Position numbers and translations under genes: made by a program
Source: Candidatus Aenigmatarchaeota archaeon
Lineage (GTDB): Archaea; Aenigmatarchaeota; Aenigmatarchaeia; QMZP01
Length of the DNA stretch: 59,770 nt
NCBI GenBank assembly: GCA_030670085.1
Contig: DAOVCJ010000003.1
Span: forward strand, 1 to 59,770
Direction: 5' to 3'
Shown here: positions 40,185 to 48,821 of the stretch, in pieces
Layout: every line of letters begins with the position of its first letter
How positions within the stretch are numbered: position 1 is the stretch's first letter
Notes under the pieces: generated by a model
Databases searched by the model: none
Told to the model about the DNA's origin: nothing
The model's input: the letters and a program-made list of their open reading frames with translations, nothing else

Positions 40185-41195
40185 ATGGTTGAGATTGACG
40201 GGTCATATCTGGAGGGTGGAGGTCAGATAATAAGGACAGCCGTTGGTCTGTCTGCACTGACAGGAAAGCCCTGCAAGATTTTCAACATACGGAAAAACCG
40301 TTCGCCTTCTGGTCTCAAGGCACAGCATATGAAGGGTGTGGAGGCTGTCATGAAGCTCTGCGATGCAGACGTTAAGGGACTTAAAATGGGTTCTGAAAGC
40401 TTAGAGTTCATTCCCAAGGAAATCATTCACAAGGATATTTCAGTTGATGTTGGAACAGCTGGCTCTGTTACCCTTGTCCTTCAGTCTTTGATGATTCCCA
40501 TGGTTCATGCCGATAAAGAAACAGAAGTTGAGATAAGAGGAGGGACACATGTTAAGTGGAGTCCTACAACAGGATACTTCAGGCATGTTTTCTGTGAGTA
40601 TATTAAGGGCATGGGAACAGAAATTGAATCCGAGACTCTTGCTTATGGATTCTATCCAAAGGGTGGAGGGGGAATAAAGGTTCGTGTAAAACCTGGTAAA
40701 CTTAAACCAATCACTCTAACATCACGAGGCAATTATTCGCACACGGATGCATGGAGCAACGCAAGCCAAGAATTAGCTGAGAGGAAAGTTGCTGAAAGGC
40801 AGCTGGATTCAGCAGCAAAGATAATTGAGGATTTAAGAAAGAATTCTAAGTACGTAAAATCCAGGTCAATAGGCTCTGCTATAACAATGGCAGCTGTTTT
40901 TGATAATTATGTCCTTGGTTCAGATGCTCTTGGGGAGCGTGGAAAACCCGCTGAGAGGGTTGGGGAGGAAGCCGCAATTTTTCTCAAGAAGCAGATTGAT
41001 TCTAACGCTTGTCTCGATGAGCACATGGCTGACCAGATTCTCCCATATATCGCGATGGCAGCGGAGAACGGAGAATCAAAGGTTAGTGTAGCTGAGGTAA
41101 CCAACCATAGCAAAACCAACATCTGGGTTATTGAAAAGTTCCTTCCTGTGAAATTCGAAATTGATGGAAATGTTATCTCATGCAAGCAATTATGA
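40185..41195 (+). CDS. rtcA: RNA 3'-terminal phosphate cyclase
   Basis: 336 aa. IDGSYLEGGGQIIRTAVGLSALTGKP N-terminus typical of RtcA. Confidence 0.85.
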   Translation: MVEIDGSYLEGGGQIIRTAVGLSALTGKPCKIFNIRKNRSPSGLKAQHMKGVEAVMKLCDADVKGLKMGSESLEFIPKEIIHKDISVDVGTAGSVTLVLQSLMIPMVHADKETEVEIRGGTHVKWSPTTGYFRHVFCEYIKGMGTEIESETLAYGFYPKGGGGIKVRVKPGKLKPITLTSRGNYSHTDAWSNASQELAERKVAERQLDSAAKIIEDLRKNSKYVKSRSIGSAITMAAVFDNYVLGSDALGERGKPAERVGEEAAIFLKKQIDSNACLDEHMADQILPYIAMAAENGESKVSVAEVTNHSKTNIWVIEKFLPVKFEIDGNVISCKQL

Positions 41196-41228
41196 TTATT
41201 TTTTAAAGCAAGATGATATTTTGATAGT

Positions 41229-42221
41229 ATGAAGAAAACGCTTAAGGATGCCATAAAGAGCCAGTCCGTGAAGTCCGAGGATATAAAGGGGATTAAGGTT
41301 GAGGGATATGATTTCGACAAGGGCATCGATTTCAGGGAGATGCTGGATAAGTACAAGAGCTCGGGATCTCAGGCCCACATGCTATCCAAGGCGATAGATA
41401 TAATAAGGAAGATGAGGAAAGAAAGGGTAAGGATATTCCTCGGATATACATCCAACATGGTTACTTCTGGGAACAGGGATATCATAAGGTATCTTGTGAA
41501 GCATAAGCTCGTGCATGTTCTCGTTACCACCACAGGCGGCATAGAGGAGGACTTCATGAAGACCATCAAACCCTTTATAATGGGTGACTTCAGGGCGGAT
41601 GGTGCAGATCTCAGGAGGAGGGGCATAAACAGGGCGGGTAACATATTCATACCGAATGACAGGTATGTAGAATTCGAGAAGTTCCTACAGCCCGTCCTTG
41701 AGCACTTCATGAAGAGGCAGAGGGAGACCGGTGAGATAACTGTTCCTTCTGAGATAGTTGAGTATATGGGAAGTAGGATAAAAGACAAGAGTTCTATCTA
41801 TTACTGGGCTCACAAAAACAAGATCCCGGTTTTCTGTCCCGCCTTCATGGATGGCGCTGTTGGGGACAATGTCTATTTCTTTAACTACCAGAAAGGTAAT
41901 GACCTGAAGATTGACATGGCAAGGGACAACCACAGCCTGATAGAACTGGCAATGAAAGCTGAAGAGACAGGGATCATAATACTCGGTGCAGGGGTGGTGA
42001 AACACATGATATGCAATGTGAACATAATGAGGGATGGCGCAAAGTATGCTGTTTATGTAAACACAGAGCCAGAGTACAATGGCTCTGACTCAGGGGCCTT
42101 GCCCGAGGAGGCGAAATCCTGGGGAAAACTGACACCCAATGCCAACGCAGTCAAGGTTTTCGGGGACCTGACAATCATACTGCCACTGATAGTGGCCGGA
42201 GCATTTGTTGATGAGAAGTAG
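41229..42221 (+). CDS. dys: deoxyhypusine synthase
   Basis: 330 aa. Rossmann-like GGIEEDF, GAGVVKH. Confidence 0.85.
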   Translation: MKKTLKDAIKSQSVKSEDIKGIKVEGYDFDKGIDFREMLDKYKSSGSQAHMLSKAIDIIRKMRKERVRIFLGYTSNMVTSGNRDIIRYLVKHKLVHVLVTTTGGIEEDFMKTIKPFIMGDFRADGADLRRRGINRAGNIFIPNDRYVEFEKFLQPVLEHFMKRQRETGEITVPSEIVEYMGSRIKDKSSIYYWAHKNKIPVFCPAFMDGAVGDNVYFFNYQKGNDLKIDMARDNHSLIELAMKAEETGIIILGAGVVKHMICNVNIMRDGAKYAVYVNTEPEYNGSDSGALPEEAKSWGKLTPNANAVKVFGDLTIILPLIVAGAFVDEK

Positions 42222-42225
42222 TCAA

Positions 42226-42444
42226 TCATTCGGAATGCTTCTTTGTGACGAAAACAACATCACTCTTCATCACGGTTCTCCTTCCAGCATGCCTTGCAAG
42301 GGCCGCAATCTCCCTCCCCTTGTCCTCCGCGTTCTCCAGAATGAAATTCCTCAGTGCCTTCACAGCGAGCTTAGATATCCTCTTATTGCTCGCCTTTTTC
42401 GCTATTCTCTCAAGGGGTGTATGGGGAAACTCCTTGCTTCTCAT
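42226..42444 (-). CDS. archaeal histone (HMf family)
   Basis: 72 aa. PLERIAKKA..RIS..A...L......E....A...A.HAGRRTV histone-fold pattern. Confidence 0.8.
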   Translation of the reverse strand: MRSKEFPHTPLERIAKKASNKRISKLAVKALRNFILENAEDKGREIAALARHAGRRTVMKSDVVFVTKKHSE

Positions 42445-43052
42445 GCTCTCGCTACCTTACGTCTCCCGACTTTGTTTGATTGTCCCAAGTCGGGTCTCGC
42501 ACTCTTGGTAATATAGAATAAGCGCAGAGATATAAATAACCCGACCAGAGATAAGAAAAACATGATTAGAAACAATGACTGGAATCCAAAAAATGCTGCC
42601 ACAAATGCTCCGAAAAGGGCGGCTATGGCTGTGACTATGTATTCCATAGATTCATACATTCCCCATTCCGATGCAAACCTTCCCCTGTCCAGGCACCTGG
42701 AATAAATAGCATCGTATGCAGGCGACCCTATGGCTCCTGCCATTCCCAGGATAATCTGAACTACAAAGAGGTGAATTGGTGCTGAAATAAAGAGATAGCC
42801 CAGGATTCCAATAGAACCCAAAGCATAACCAAGAACTACTAATTTTTCCTTGTGCTTAACATGGTCCTCCCACCTGCTTATCAAAAATAAAAGAATTCCG
42901 GCAGTTATGGAGAATGCGGCATATGCACCACCAGCAGTCAGAATATCTCCACCTATTCGCTCGACAAAGATAGCATAGATAGGGCCAAACATTCCAACAG
43001 CCAGAATCGAGAAACCATCTGCAAAGAGCAGAAATTTCAGAACTCTGTTCAT
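42441..43052 (-). CDS. half-size (6-TM) MFS-like membrane protein
   Basis: 203 aa, 6 hydrophobic helices. The last ~20 codons read through the hairpin and putative histone promoter, so the true C-terminus is uncertain. Confidence 0.5.
   Translation of the reverse strand: MNRVLKFLLFADGFSILAVGMFGPIYAIFVERIGGDILTAGGAYAAFSITAGILLFLISRWEDHVKHKEKLVVLGYALGSIGILGYLFISAPIHLFVVQIILGMAGAIGSPAYDAIYSRCLDRGRFASEWGMYESMEYIVTAIAALFGAFVAAFFGFQSLFLIMFFLSLVGLFISLRLFYITKSARPDLGQSNKVGRRKVARA
42461..42498 (-). repeat. CTTGG-hairpin subfamily B copy in the histone 5' leader
   Basis: Minus read GAGACCCGACTTGG-GACAATCAAA-CAAAGTCGGGAGAC. Ends 16 nt before the histone ATG (42444) and lies inside the C-terminal tail of ORF 42441-43052. 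Confidence 0.75.
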
Positions 43053-43076
43053 AATTATATTTGGTTAGGATTGAAT

Positions 43077-43658
43077 TTATTTCTTCAGAATCTTCTTCCT
43101 GACCTCTTCGAAATGCTTGGGGAGATTTTCTGGTGAGACCTTGTTTTTCAGGTAGACTGAGAACCTTTTCTTGTACTCACCTGGGTTCTCTGATTTTAGC
43201 TTCTTTGCGAGGGCTGCGATGTGCTCTCCCTTTACCCTCTCTTCTTTTGGGAGGATTTCTTCTGAGTGTGGGATTTGCAGGCCGGAGTCTATCGCTCCTT
43301 TCAGCGCGGAGTAGATTCTGGAGCCTGGTGTAGAAATATATAAGCCAGAATCCAGGACAGCGTCCTTTATCTTCTTTTTATTCGCTCTCGAACCGCAGAG
43401 CAGACCAACGAGATACGCACCTGGGAGGTTTCCTGCGTTTCCCTTCCAACCGAGTTTCTCGATATCCTTGGAGTTCACAGAAACTATTGTTTTATCGCCA
43501 TCACGCGAGTATTCAACAATCTGACAGGTCATATTGTTTACGGATTTCCTCACAACGAACCTTGGCTTTCCTGACCTGAGGAACCTGAGTCTCTGCTTGT
43601 AGTCTGTCTTTCCTTCTCTCCTTCGCCTGTGGGCAACTATGTACGTTTTCCCCCTCAT
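43077..43658 (-). CDS. rpl18: 50S ribosomal protein L18 (uL18)
   Basis: AHRRRREGKTDYKQRL.FL.SGKPRFVVRKS pattern. Confidence 0.85.
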   Translation of the reverse strand: MRGKTYIVAHRRRREGKTDYKQRLRFLRSGKPRFVVRKSVNNMTCQIVEYSRDGDKTIVSVNSKDIEKLGWKGNAGNLPGAYLVGLLCGSRANKKKIKDAVLDSGLYISTPGSRIYSALKGAIDSGLQIPHSEEILPKEERVKGEHIAALAKKLKSENPGEYKKRFSVYLKNKVSPENLPKHFEEVRKKILKK

Positions 43659-43662
43659 TCAA

Positions 43663-44238
43663 TCACTTCCTTTTCTTCTTTCCTGGCTTGGTTTTCTTGG
43701 GCTCTTTCTTGGTTTTTGATTTTTCTTTCTTCTTGATTTCTTTCTTTGTTTTTGGTTTTTTGGGCTTTGCTTTCTTCTCTCGCTTTTTCTTGGGTTTGAC
43801 TTTCATCAGTTCGTGATCCTTGAGGTAGTAGAGAAGGTGCTTCTTGTTCCTGAAGGCTCCTCCCTTGATCATGAGATATATCTTCCTGTAAACTCTTTTG
43901 TCAATACTGCCGGAATCCCTCAGCTCCCTCAGGAGTTTTCTCAGGGGCCTCACTGATTCTATCCATATCCTCTTACGAGTCTTTCTGGCGCCTGCGGTTC
44001 CCTTCCTTGAACCATGCCCTCTCATTCTTCCCTTCTTTTTCTGTTTGATCTTATGTTTTACATTGAATTTTGAAGTTCCCTTCTTCTGTTCCTTCCATAT
44101 CTGACCCTTCCGGATTAGGTTTCTCACATCCTCCCTCGTCAGAGCCTCCTCTACTTCCTTGCCTGCCTTGATCCTGACCCTGGAAATTCCGCACTTCAGA
44201 ATCCTGCTTGCAATCCTTTTCTGTGAACTCAGATTCAT
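43663..44238 (-). CDS. rpl19e: 50S ribosomal protein L19e (eL19) with a Lys-rich C-terminal extension
   Basis: MNLSSQKRIASRILKCGISRVRI start. The last ~45 aa are poly-K/P. Confidence 0.85.
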   Translation of the reverse strand: MNLSSQKRIASRILKCGISRVRIKAGKEVEEALTREDVRNLIRKGQIWKEQKKGTSKFNVKHKIKQKKKGRMRGHGSRKGTAGARKTRKRIWIESVRPLRKLLRELRDSGSIDKRVYRKIYLMIKGGAFRNKKHLLYYLKDHELMKVKPKKKREKKAKPKKPKTKKEIKKKEKSKTKKEPKKTKPGKKKRK

Positions 44239-44252
44239 TTAATCACTCCTGT

Positions 44253-44831
44253 TCACTCACTCCCGAAATCCTTTAATGTTTTCTTGAAATCAGAATACTT
44301 CTTTATCTTCTTTTTGTTTTTCAGTATCTCCCTTGCAAGAATCCAGAATATCAGGGCGAGGGATTTCTTTCCGTTGTTGTTAGCTGGTATCACGAAGTCA
44401 ACATCCCTTACCATGTTGAAGGTGTCGCACAGGGCAACAACGGGAATTCTTTTTTTCTTTGCCTCCCTCACAGCCTGGTCATCTATAAGGGGATCCACAA
44501 CAAAGACCACATCAGGCTCATAGAAGCCCTTGTAGGAGGGGTTTGTAAGGGTTCCTGGCAGGAACCTCCCTGGAACCGCTTTGCCATCAACCGCCTCAGC
44601 GAATTCCTTTATCGCCTTTGAGGCGTTTTCCTTTTTGGAAACAACCATAATCTTATCGAAGTTCGAAAGAAAATCAGCCGTGATCTTTATTCTGTTGTCT
44701 ACCTTTTGCAGGTTGAAAACTGCAAGACCATCATCCCTTACTTTGTACACGAACTGCTTCATATAGGGCGTGCAGGATTTCATACCTATATGAACCCCAG
44801 CAGTCAGATACTCTGTCTTCTCCACTAACAT
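44253..44831 (-). CDS. rps2: 30S ribosomal protein S2 (uS2)
   Basis: 192 aa. LTAGVHIG, VVDP..D..A..EA....IP motifs. Confidence 0.85.
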   Translation of the reverse strand: MLVEKTEYLTAGVHIGMKSCTPYMKQFVYKVRDDGLAVFNLQKVDNRIKITADFLSNFDKIMVVSKKENASKAIKEFAEAVDGKAVPGRFLPGTLTNPSYKGFYEPDVVFVVDPLIDDQAVREAKKKRIPVVALCDTFNMVRDVDFVIPANNNGKKSLALIFWILAREILKNKKKIKKYSDFKKTLKDFGSE

Positions 44832-44900
44832 GCTCTTACCTCGAACAATATCTTAATTAACATCAAATTTATTTATAAAAGTTTTAAAGCTATGTGGTTT

Positions 44901-46082
44901 CTATAGAGGCAGTTTTGCCATTTTGACCTCAGGGATATCCTCCCAGAGTTCAATTAGCCTGTTTAACTTCGTCATGTCAGACCCTGTGATTCCTGATTTT
45001 ATCAGGGGAGCATCCCACGCGAGCGAAAGATCAGCAAGCCAGTCATCTTCTGTCTCTCCGGACCTATGGGACGGGATGATTATCATTCCCCTTTCCTTTG
45101 CAATCCTCACAACCTCGTCTGCCAGGGAAAGGGTTCCTATCTGGTTGGGTTTTATTATTATCCCGTTTGTTGCCTTGTTCTTTATACCCTTCCTGAGCCT
45201 CTCGGGGTTCGTACAATACAAATCGTCCCCCGCTATTATACAATCCTTTCCCAGTATGTGGTTCAAAATCATAAATTGTCTGAACCCGTCCTCCTGAATC
45301 GGGTCCTCAAGGTAGTAAAGTCTGTATTTCTCCGCAACCTCTGTTATGAAATCCACCTGCTGGCTCGGGGTCAGGGACTTGCCCAGTTTTTTGTATACGT
45401 ACCTTTTCCCGTCCCAAAGGCTTGATGAAGCGAAGTCTATCCCTAATTTAACCTTCCAGTCCTCTGAAACGTCTGAGAGCAAATCCAATGTTTTCAGATC
45501 ATCCAGTTTGGTCATCCATGCGTTCTCTACATTCTTACCTATGAGCATTTTCTTCTTCCTAAGCTCCTCTCCGAGGGATGCCCATATGCTGACCATAATC
45601 TCAACTGCCTCCCCGGGGCTCTTTGCTCCATAGGGAATTACCAGGAACTCCTGCCAGTCCGTTCCTCCCAGATGTTTTCCACCACCAATCACGTTCCCTA
45701 TGGGTATTGGAAACTCCATCCCCATCCTGGGTTTATGAATCTTCCAGATTTCGTTTTCAAACGCTGCCCTGGCACAGGCGATGGATATCGAGAGGCTGAG
45801 ATTCTCACCGAGCTTGCTGAAGTTCTCTGTCCCATCAAGCTCTTTCAGAAGACTGTCAATCCCTCTCCAGTCTCTCTCATCCTTCCCTACAAACCTCGGC
45901 CTTATCTTTGAGAAGTTTTTTAGAACCCTCTCCACTGGTAATTCCTTTGCCTCGTGCTTTCCCTTGCTGGTTCCAGAGGGTATGGAGGCTGAGTAAGAAC
46001 CATTATCTGTCTGGATTTTTACCATTATAGCAGGGGTTCCCTTGGAGTTAAAGATGGAAAATATCTTAAGATTCCTTATCAT
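44901..46082 (-). CDS. eno: enolase
   Basis: SHRSGETED motif. Short form (393 aa). Confidence 0.8.
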   Translation of the reverse strand: MIRNLKIFSIFNSKGTPAIMVKIQTDNGSYSASIPSGTSKGKHEAKELPVERVLKNFSKIRPRFVGKDERDWRGIDSLLKELDGTENFSKLGENLSLSISIACARAAFENEIWKIHKPRMGMEFPIPIGNVIGGGKHLGGTDWQEFLVIPYGAKSPGEAVEIMVSIWASLGEELRKKKMLIGKNVENAWMTKLDDLKTLDLLSDVSEDWKVKLGIDFASSSLWDGKRYVYKKLGKSLTPSQQVDFITEVAEKYRLYYLEDPIQEDGFRQFMILNHILGKDCIIAGDDLYCTNPERLRKGIKNKATNGIIIKPNQIGTLSLADEVVRIAKERGMIIIPSHRSGETEDDWLADLSLAWDAPLIKSGITGSDMTKLNRLIELWEDIPEVKMAKLPL

Positions 46083-46115
46083 ATCTTATATTTGTCCGTA
46101 GAATTAAAAATAGAA

Positions 46116-46325
46116 TTATTTCTTTTCCTCTTTCTCTTCCTTCTTGATGTCTATGGGGATGATGCCTGCCTCCCACTCTAGCCTTGCTATCTCTATCGGC
46201 TCTGTAAGATTTTTGGGAATCTTTATAAGAATCGGTGAGCCCTGTGCTATCTGGAGAGCACGGGCTGATATTATTCTGGTTTTTTCAAACCTTGTCTTGT
46301 ATTTATCGTTTGACATCTTAACCAC
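46116..46325 (-). CDS. rpoK: DNA-directed RNA polymerase subunit K (Rpo6)
   Basis: 69 aa. RFEKTRIISARALQIAQGSP. Confidence 0.8.
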   Translation of the reverse strand: MVKMSNDKYKTRFEKTRIISARALQIAQGSPILIKIPKNLTEPIEIARLEWEAGIIPIDIKKEEKEEKK

Positions 46326-46358
46326 TGCTGGATATATGATAAGAAATGTTTTTATTCT

Positions 46359-47153
46359 TTACCCTATGTACCTGAGCTGCTCCTGGCCCTTCACCGGAGC
46401 CTTCTCTTCCTTTGATATCTGCGTCAAAGCCTTCCTCTGCAAGTCCTCAATCTTCTTTATGAACTTCTCCATTTCAGCAACTCTCTTATCCAGCTTTGAC
46501 ATATCTATCTTGATTTTCAGGATCTTTGTGAGGGCTTCTAGCACGACATCAGCAGCCTTCGGGTCTGTGACTATCGGGAAGCCAGAGGTTTCACCAAGCA
46601 TGCACATACCCCTCATTCCTCTCTCCTTTCCAAGACCCAGGAAGAGTCCTGATGCCCCTACTATGTATCCTACCCTTTCACCTGCAGAGAAGTCTATCCC
46701 GAACTTCTTGTATTTCTTTGCAAGCTCCTTGTGGGAAACCGCTCCCAAGACCTTTGGCTTATCCTCAACCTCTCCTGTTGCCAAGCCACCTATGGTGAAC
46801 ATCTCCTTTACCCCGAGCTTTTCAACAAAATCCAAGATAGTCTCAATAACCTGGTAGTGGCCATGGGTTGACAGGGATTGGCAATCCCCTATGAGTAATA
46901 TGAGGTCCCTCTGTCCGGGTTTCTTTGCCTTCCAGTAGTAGAACTCATTCTTGAGCAAGTGAATCTGGTAGTTTTCATGCAGCATAACGAATGGGAAGAA
47001 ATGTTCAGAATATAACTGCGCAAACTTCTTTGCTCCTAGTTCCTCAATCATATAACCAACAGCTACCCTTCCTATGTTTCCTACACCAGGCAGGCCTTCT
47101 ATAAGAATAGGGTTTTTTAATTTTGGTCTCTCAAAAACCTTTATCACTGTCAT
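46359..47153 (-). CDS. PAC2-family proteasome assembly chaperone-like protein
   Basis: 264 aa. LIEGLPGVGNIGRVAVGYMIEEL N-terminus. Confidence 0.65.
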   Translation of the reverse strand: MTVIKVFERPKLKNPILIEGLPGVGNIGRVAVGYMIEELGAKKFAQLYSEHFFPFVMLHENYQIHLLKNEFYYWKAKKPGQRDLILLIGDCQSLSTHGHYQVIETILDFVEKLGVKEMFTIGGLATGEVEDKPKVLGAVSHKELAKKYKKFGIDFSAGERVGYIVGASGLFLGLGKERGMRGMCMLGETSGFPIVTDPKAADVVLEALTKILKIKIDMSKLDKRVAEMEKFIKKIEDLQRKALTQISKEEKAPVKGQEQLRYIG

Positions 47154-47184
47154 AACATCACTTTAATCTTTATTTATTTGTTCC

Positions 47185-47194
47185 TTTAAATAAG
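47185..47194 (+). promoter_or_regulatory. TATA-like box upstream of tRNA-Glu(CUC)
   Basis: TTTAAATAAG lies ~33 nt before the tRNA 5' end. Confidence 0.35.
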
Positions 47195-47226
47195 TATTTT
47201 AAGACTCCAAGATAAAAATTCAATAT

Positions 47227-47393
47227 GCTCCGGTCGTCTAGTCCGGTCAAGTCCGACGGCTTCGTATGGGAAGCCGTCTGGTAGGCTATGGATCTTGGCC
47301 TCTCGAGCCAAAGACACGGGTTCAAAGAACCCTTTTCCATATGAACTTGCAAAAGCGTTCGCGGAAAAGGTTTTGGAAATCCCGTCCGGAGCA
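47227..47393 (+). tRNA. tRNA-Glu(CUC) with two introns (D-arm, T-loop)
   Basis: Acceptor GCTCCGG/CCGGAGC plus A47393. Anticodon stem TTGGC/GCCAA, CTC at 47302-47304. ~39-nt D-arm insert. 53-nt T-loop insert (47327-47379) with CCTTTTCC/GGAAAAGG helix. Confidence 0.8.
47255..47278 (+). repeat. GACGGCTT hairpin inside the D-arm intron of tRNA-Glu(CUC)
   Basis: GACGGCTTC-GTATGG-GAAGCCGTC (short-loop version). Confidence 0.65.
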
Positions 47394-47403
47394 TCAATAG
47401 TTT

Positions 47404-47433
47404 GACGGCTTGTCCTGAGTGAAACAAGCCGTC
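47404..47433 (+). repeat. CTTGG-family hairpin in the tRNA-Glu(CUC)/tRNA-Ile spacer
   Basis: GACGGCTTG-TCCTGAGTGAAA-CAAGCCGTC. Lies 10 nt after the Glu discriminator and 9 nt before tRNA-Ile. Confidence 0.75.
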
Positions 47434-47442
47434 TCATAACAT

Positions 47443-47534
47443 GGGCCTGTGGCTCAGTGGTTAGAGCGCTGCGCTGATAACGCAGAGGTCGGGAGTTCGA
47501 TACTCGAATGTGAGCGAATCTCTCCCCAGGCCCA
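47443..47534 (+). tRNA. tRNA-Ile(GAU) with a short (~18-nt) T-loop intron
   Basis: GGGCCTG/CAGGCCC plus A. Anticodon stem CTGCG/CGCAG, GAT at 47476-47478. T-stem GGGAG/CTCCC is separated by 25 nt instead of 7. Confidence 0.8.
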
Positions 47535-47539
47535 TTCTG

Positions 47540-47546
47540 TTTTTTT
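47540..47546 (+). terminator. oligo-T tract after tRNA-Ile
   Basis: TTTTTTT 6 nt downstream of the tRNA 3' end, between convergent tRNA genes. Confidence 0.45.
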
Positions 47547-47555
47547 CAGAAATAG

Positions 47556-47627
47556 TGGACTGGCCGGGACTTGAACCCGGAGCCTCTTGGATGCGAACCA
47601 AGTGATCTACCATTGATCTACCAGCCC
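47556..47627 (-). tRNA. tRNA-Ala(CGC), intron-less
   Basis: GGGCTGG/CCAGTCC with G3:U70. Anticodon stem CTTGG/CCAAG, loop TT-CGC-AT. 72 nt. Confidence 0.9.
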
Positions 47628-47662
47628 ATTCCAATTATTAAGTAAATCTGTCAATTATAAAT

Positions 47663-48211
47663 ATGATTTTTACCCTCTGGATTCTGATCGAATCTATATG
47701 GATAATACTTCCCGCTTACGCGGTGAACGGTCTCGTTCCCCTGGTGGGTCTGAAGAAAAACAATCACCCAATAGATTTTGGAAAGAGATTCCGCGGCAAA
47801 CCCATACTGGGTTCTGGAAAAACATGGGAGGGTTTGGCTTTTGGATGCTTTATAGGGATTTTGATTGCCTCAATAGAGATGCTGGCTTTTCCCTATCTGC
47901 CCTTTGATCAGTCTCCGGTTCCCCTGACAATAATTCCAATGTATCCGATACTTGGTTTTATGCTCGGGCTCGGTACAATTATTGGGGATATGGTTGGCTC
48001 GTTCATAAAGAGGAGAATTGGTCTTCCCAGGGGAGCCATCGCTCCACTTCTTGACCAGGAGGATTTTTTACTCGGGGCCCTTCTGTTTGCATCCTTTATG
48101 GTCATCATAAAAATAGACTGGGTTTTGCTTCTTGTGATAATTACACCAATCATTCATCTTATTGCGAATGTGATTGGATTTAAGATAAGGGTCAAGAAAG
48201 AGCCCTGGTAA
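47663..48211 (+). CDS. carS: CDP-archaeol synthase (CarS, DUF46 family)
   Basis: 182 aa, multi-TM. LPAYAVNG and GKTWEG motifs. Confidence 0.7.
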   Translation: MIFTLWILIESIWIILPAYAVNGLVPLVGLKKNNHPIDFGKRFRGKPILGSGKTWEGLAFGCFIGILIASIEMLAFPYLPFDQSPVPLTIIPMYPILGFMLGLGTIIGDMVGSFIKRRIGLPRGAIAPLLDQEDFLLGALLFASFMVIIKIDWVLLLVIITPIIHLIANVIGFKIRVKKEPW

Positions 48212-48814
48212 TCAACCGAATCTCAACACCCTTTTAACCTGTTCGAAAACTTCTTCTTTTGATTTCTCCCCGTCCAGAGCGTACCACTGGGAAAAGGCCT
48301 GGTCTTTTATAAGCTGCTCATAAAACACTGAAAGCTTTTCCAGGAAAGTTTTATCAGATTCATTCCTATCGAGGTCTGTTTTTTCATTAAGCTTCCTCTG
48401 CATCGATATCTCTGGGGAAACCTTAAGAAACAAAACAAGATCTGGCTTCGGCATCTCGAACAGTTCAGCAAGTTTAAGGAGCTTTTCCGTCTTCACTCCC
48501 CTGAGTCCCTGGTATGCGAGAGTGGATGTGAAGTATCTGTCTGTTATAACGTATTTACCCTCCTTCAGCCAGAGCTTTATCTTCTCCTTATCATTGATCA
48601 TATCAGCAGCATAAAACAAGGCCTGGACCTCTGGGGAGAGGTCGAATTTTTTGTGGAGATAATCGTGTATGAATTTCCCTATTGGGTTGTGATACCCTGG
48701 ATATTCAATCCTCTCTGCAGGGATTTTCCTTTCCCTTAGAAAATCCAGGAGCCTCTTTGATTGCTCCCCTGTTCCGGCCCCATCGATTCCCTCAAAAACA
48801 ATTAGTTTACCCAT
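48212..48814 (-). CDS. tmk: thymidylate kinase homolog with an atypical P-loop
   Basis: 200 aa. FEGIDGAGTGEQ (Lys of GK(S/T)T absent), DRY, LID-like region. Confidence 0.65.
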   Translation of the reverse strand: MGKLIVFEGIDGAGTGEQSKRLLDFLRERKIPAERIEYPGYHNPIGKFIHDYLHKKFDLSPEVQALFYAADMINDKEKIKLWLKEGKYVITDRYFTSTLAYQGLRGVKTEKLLKLAELFEMPKPDLVLFLKVSPEISMQRKLNEKTDLDRNESDKTFLEKLSVFYEQLIKDQAFSQWYALDGEKSKEEVFEQVKRVLRFG

Positions 48815-48821
48815 ACTTACC

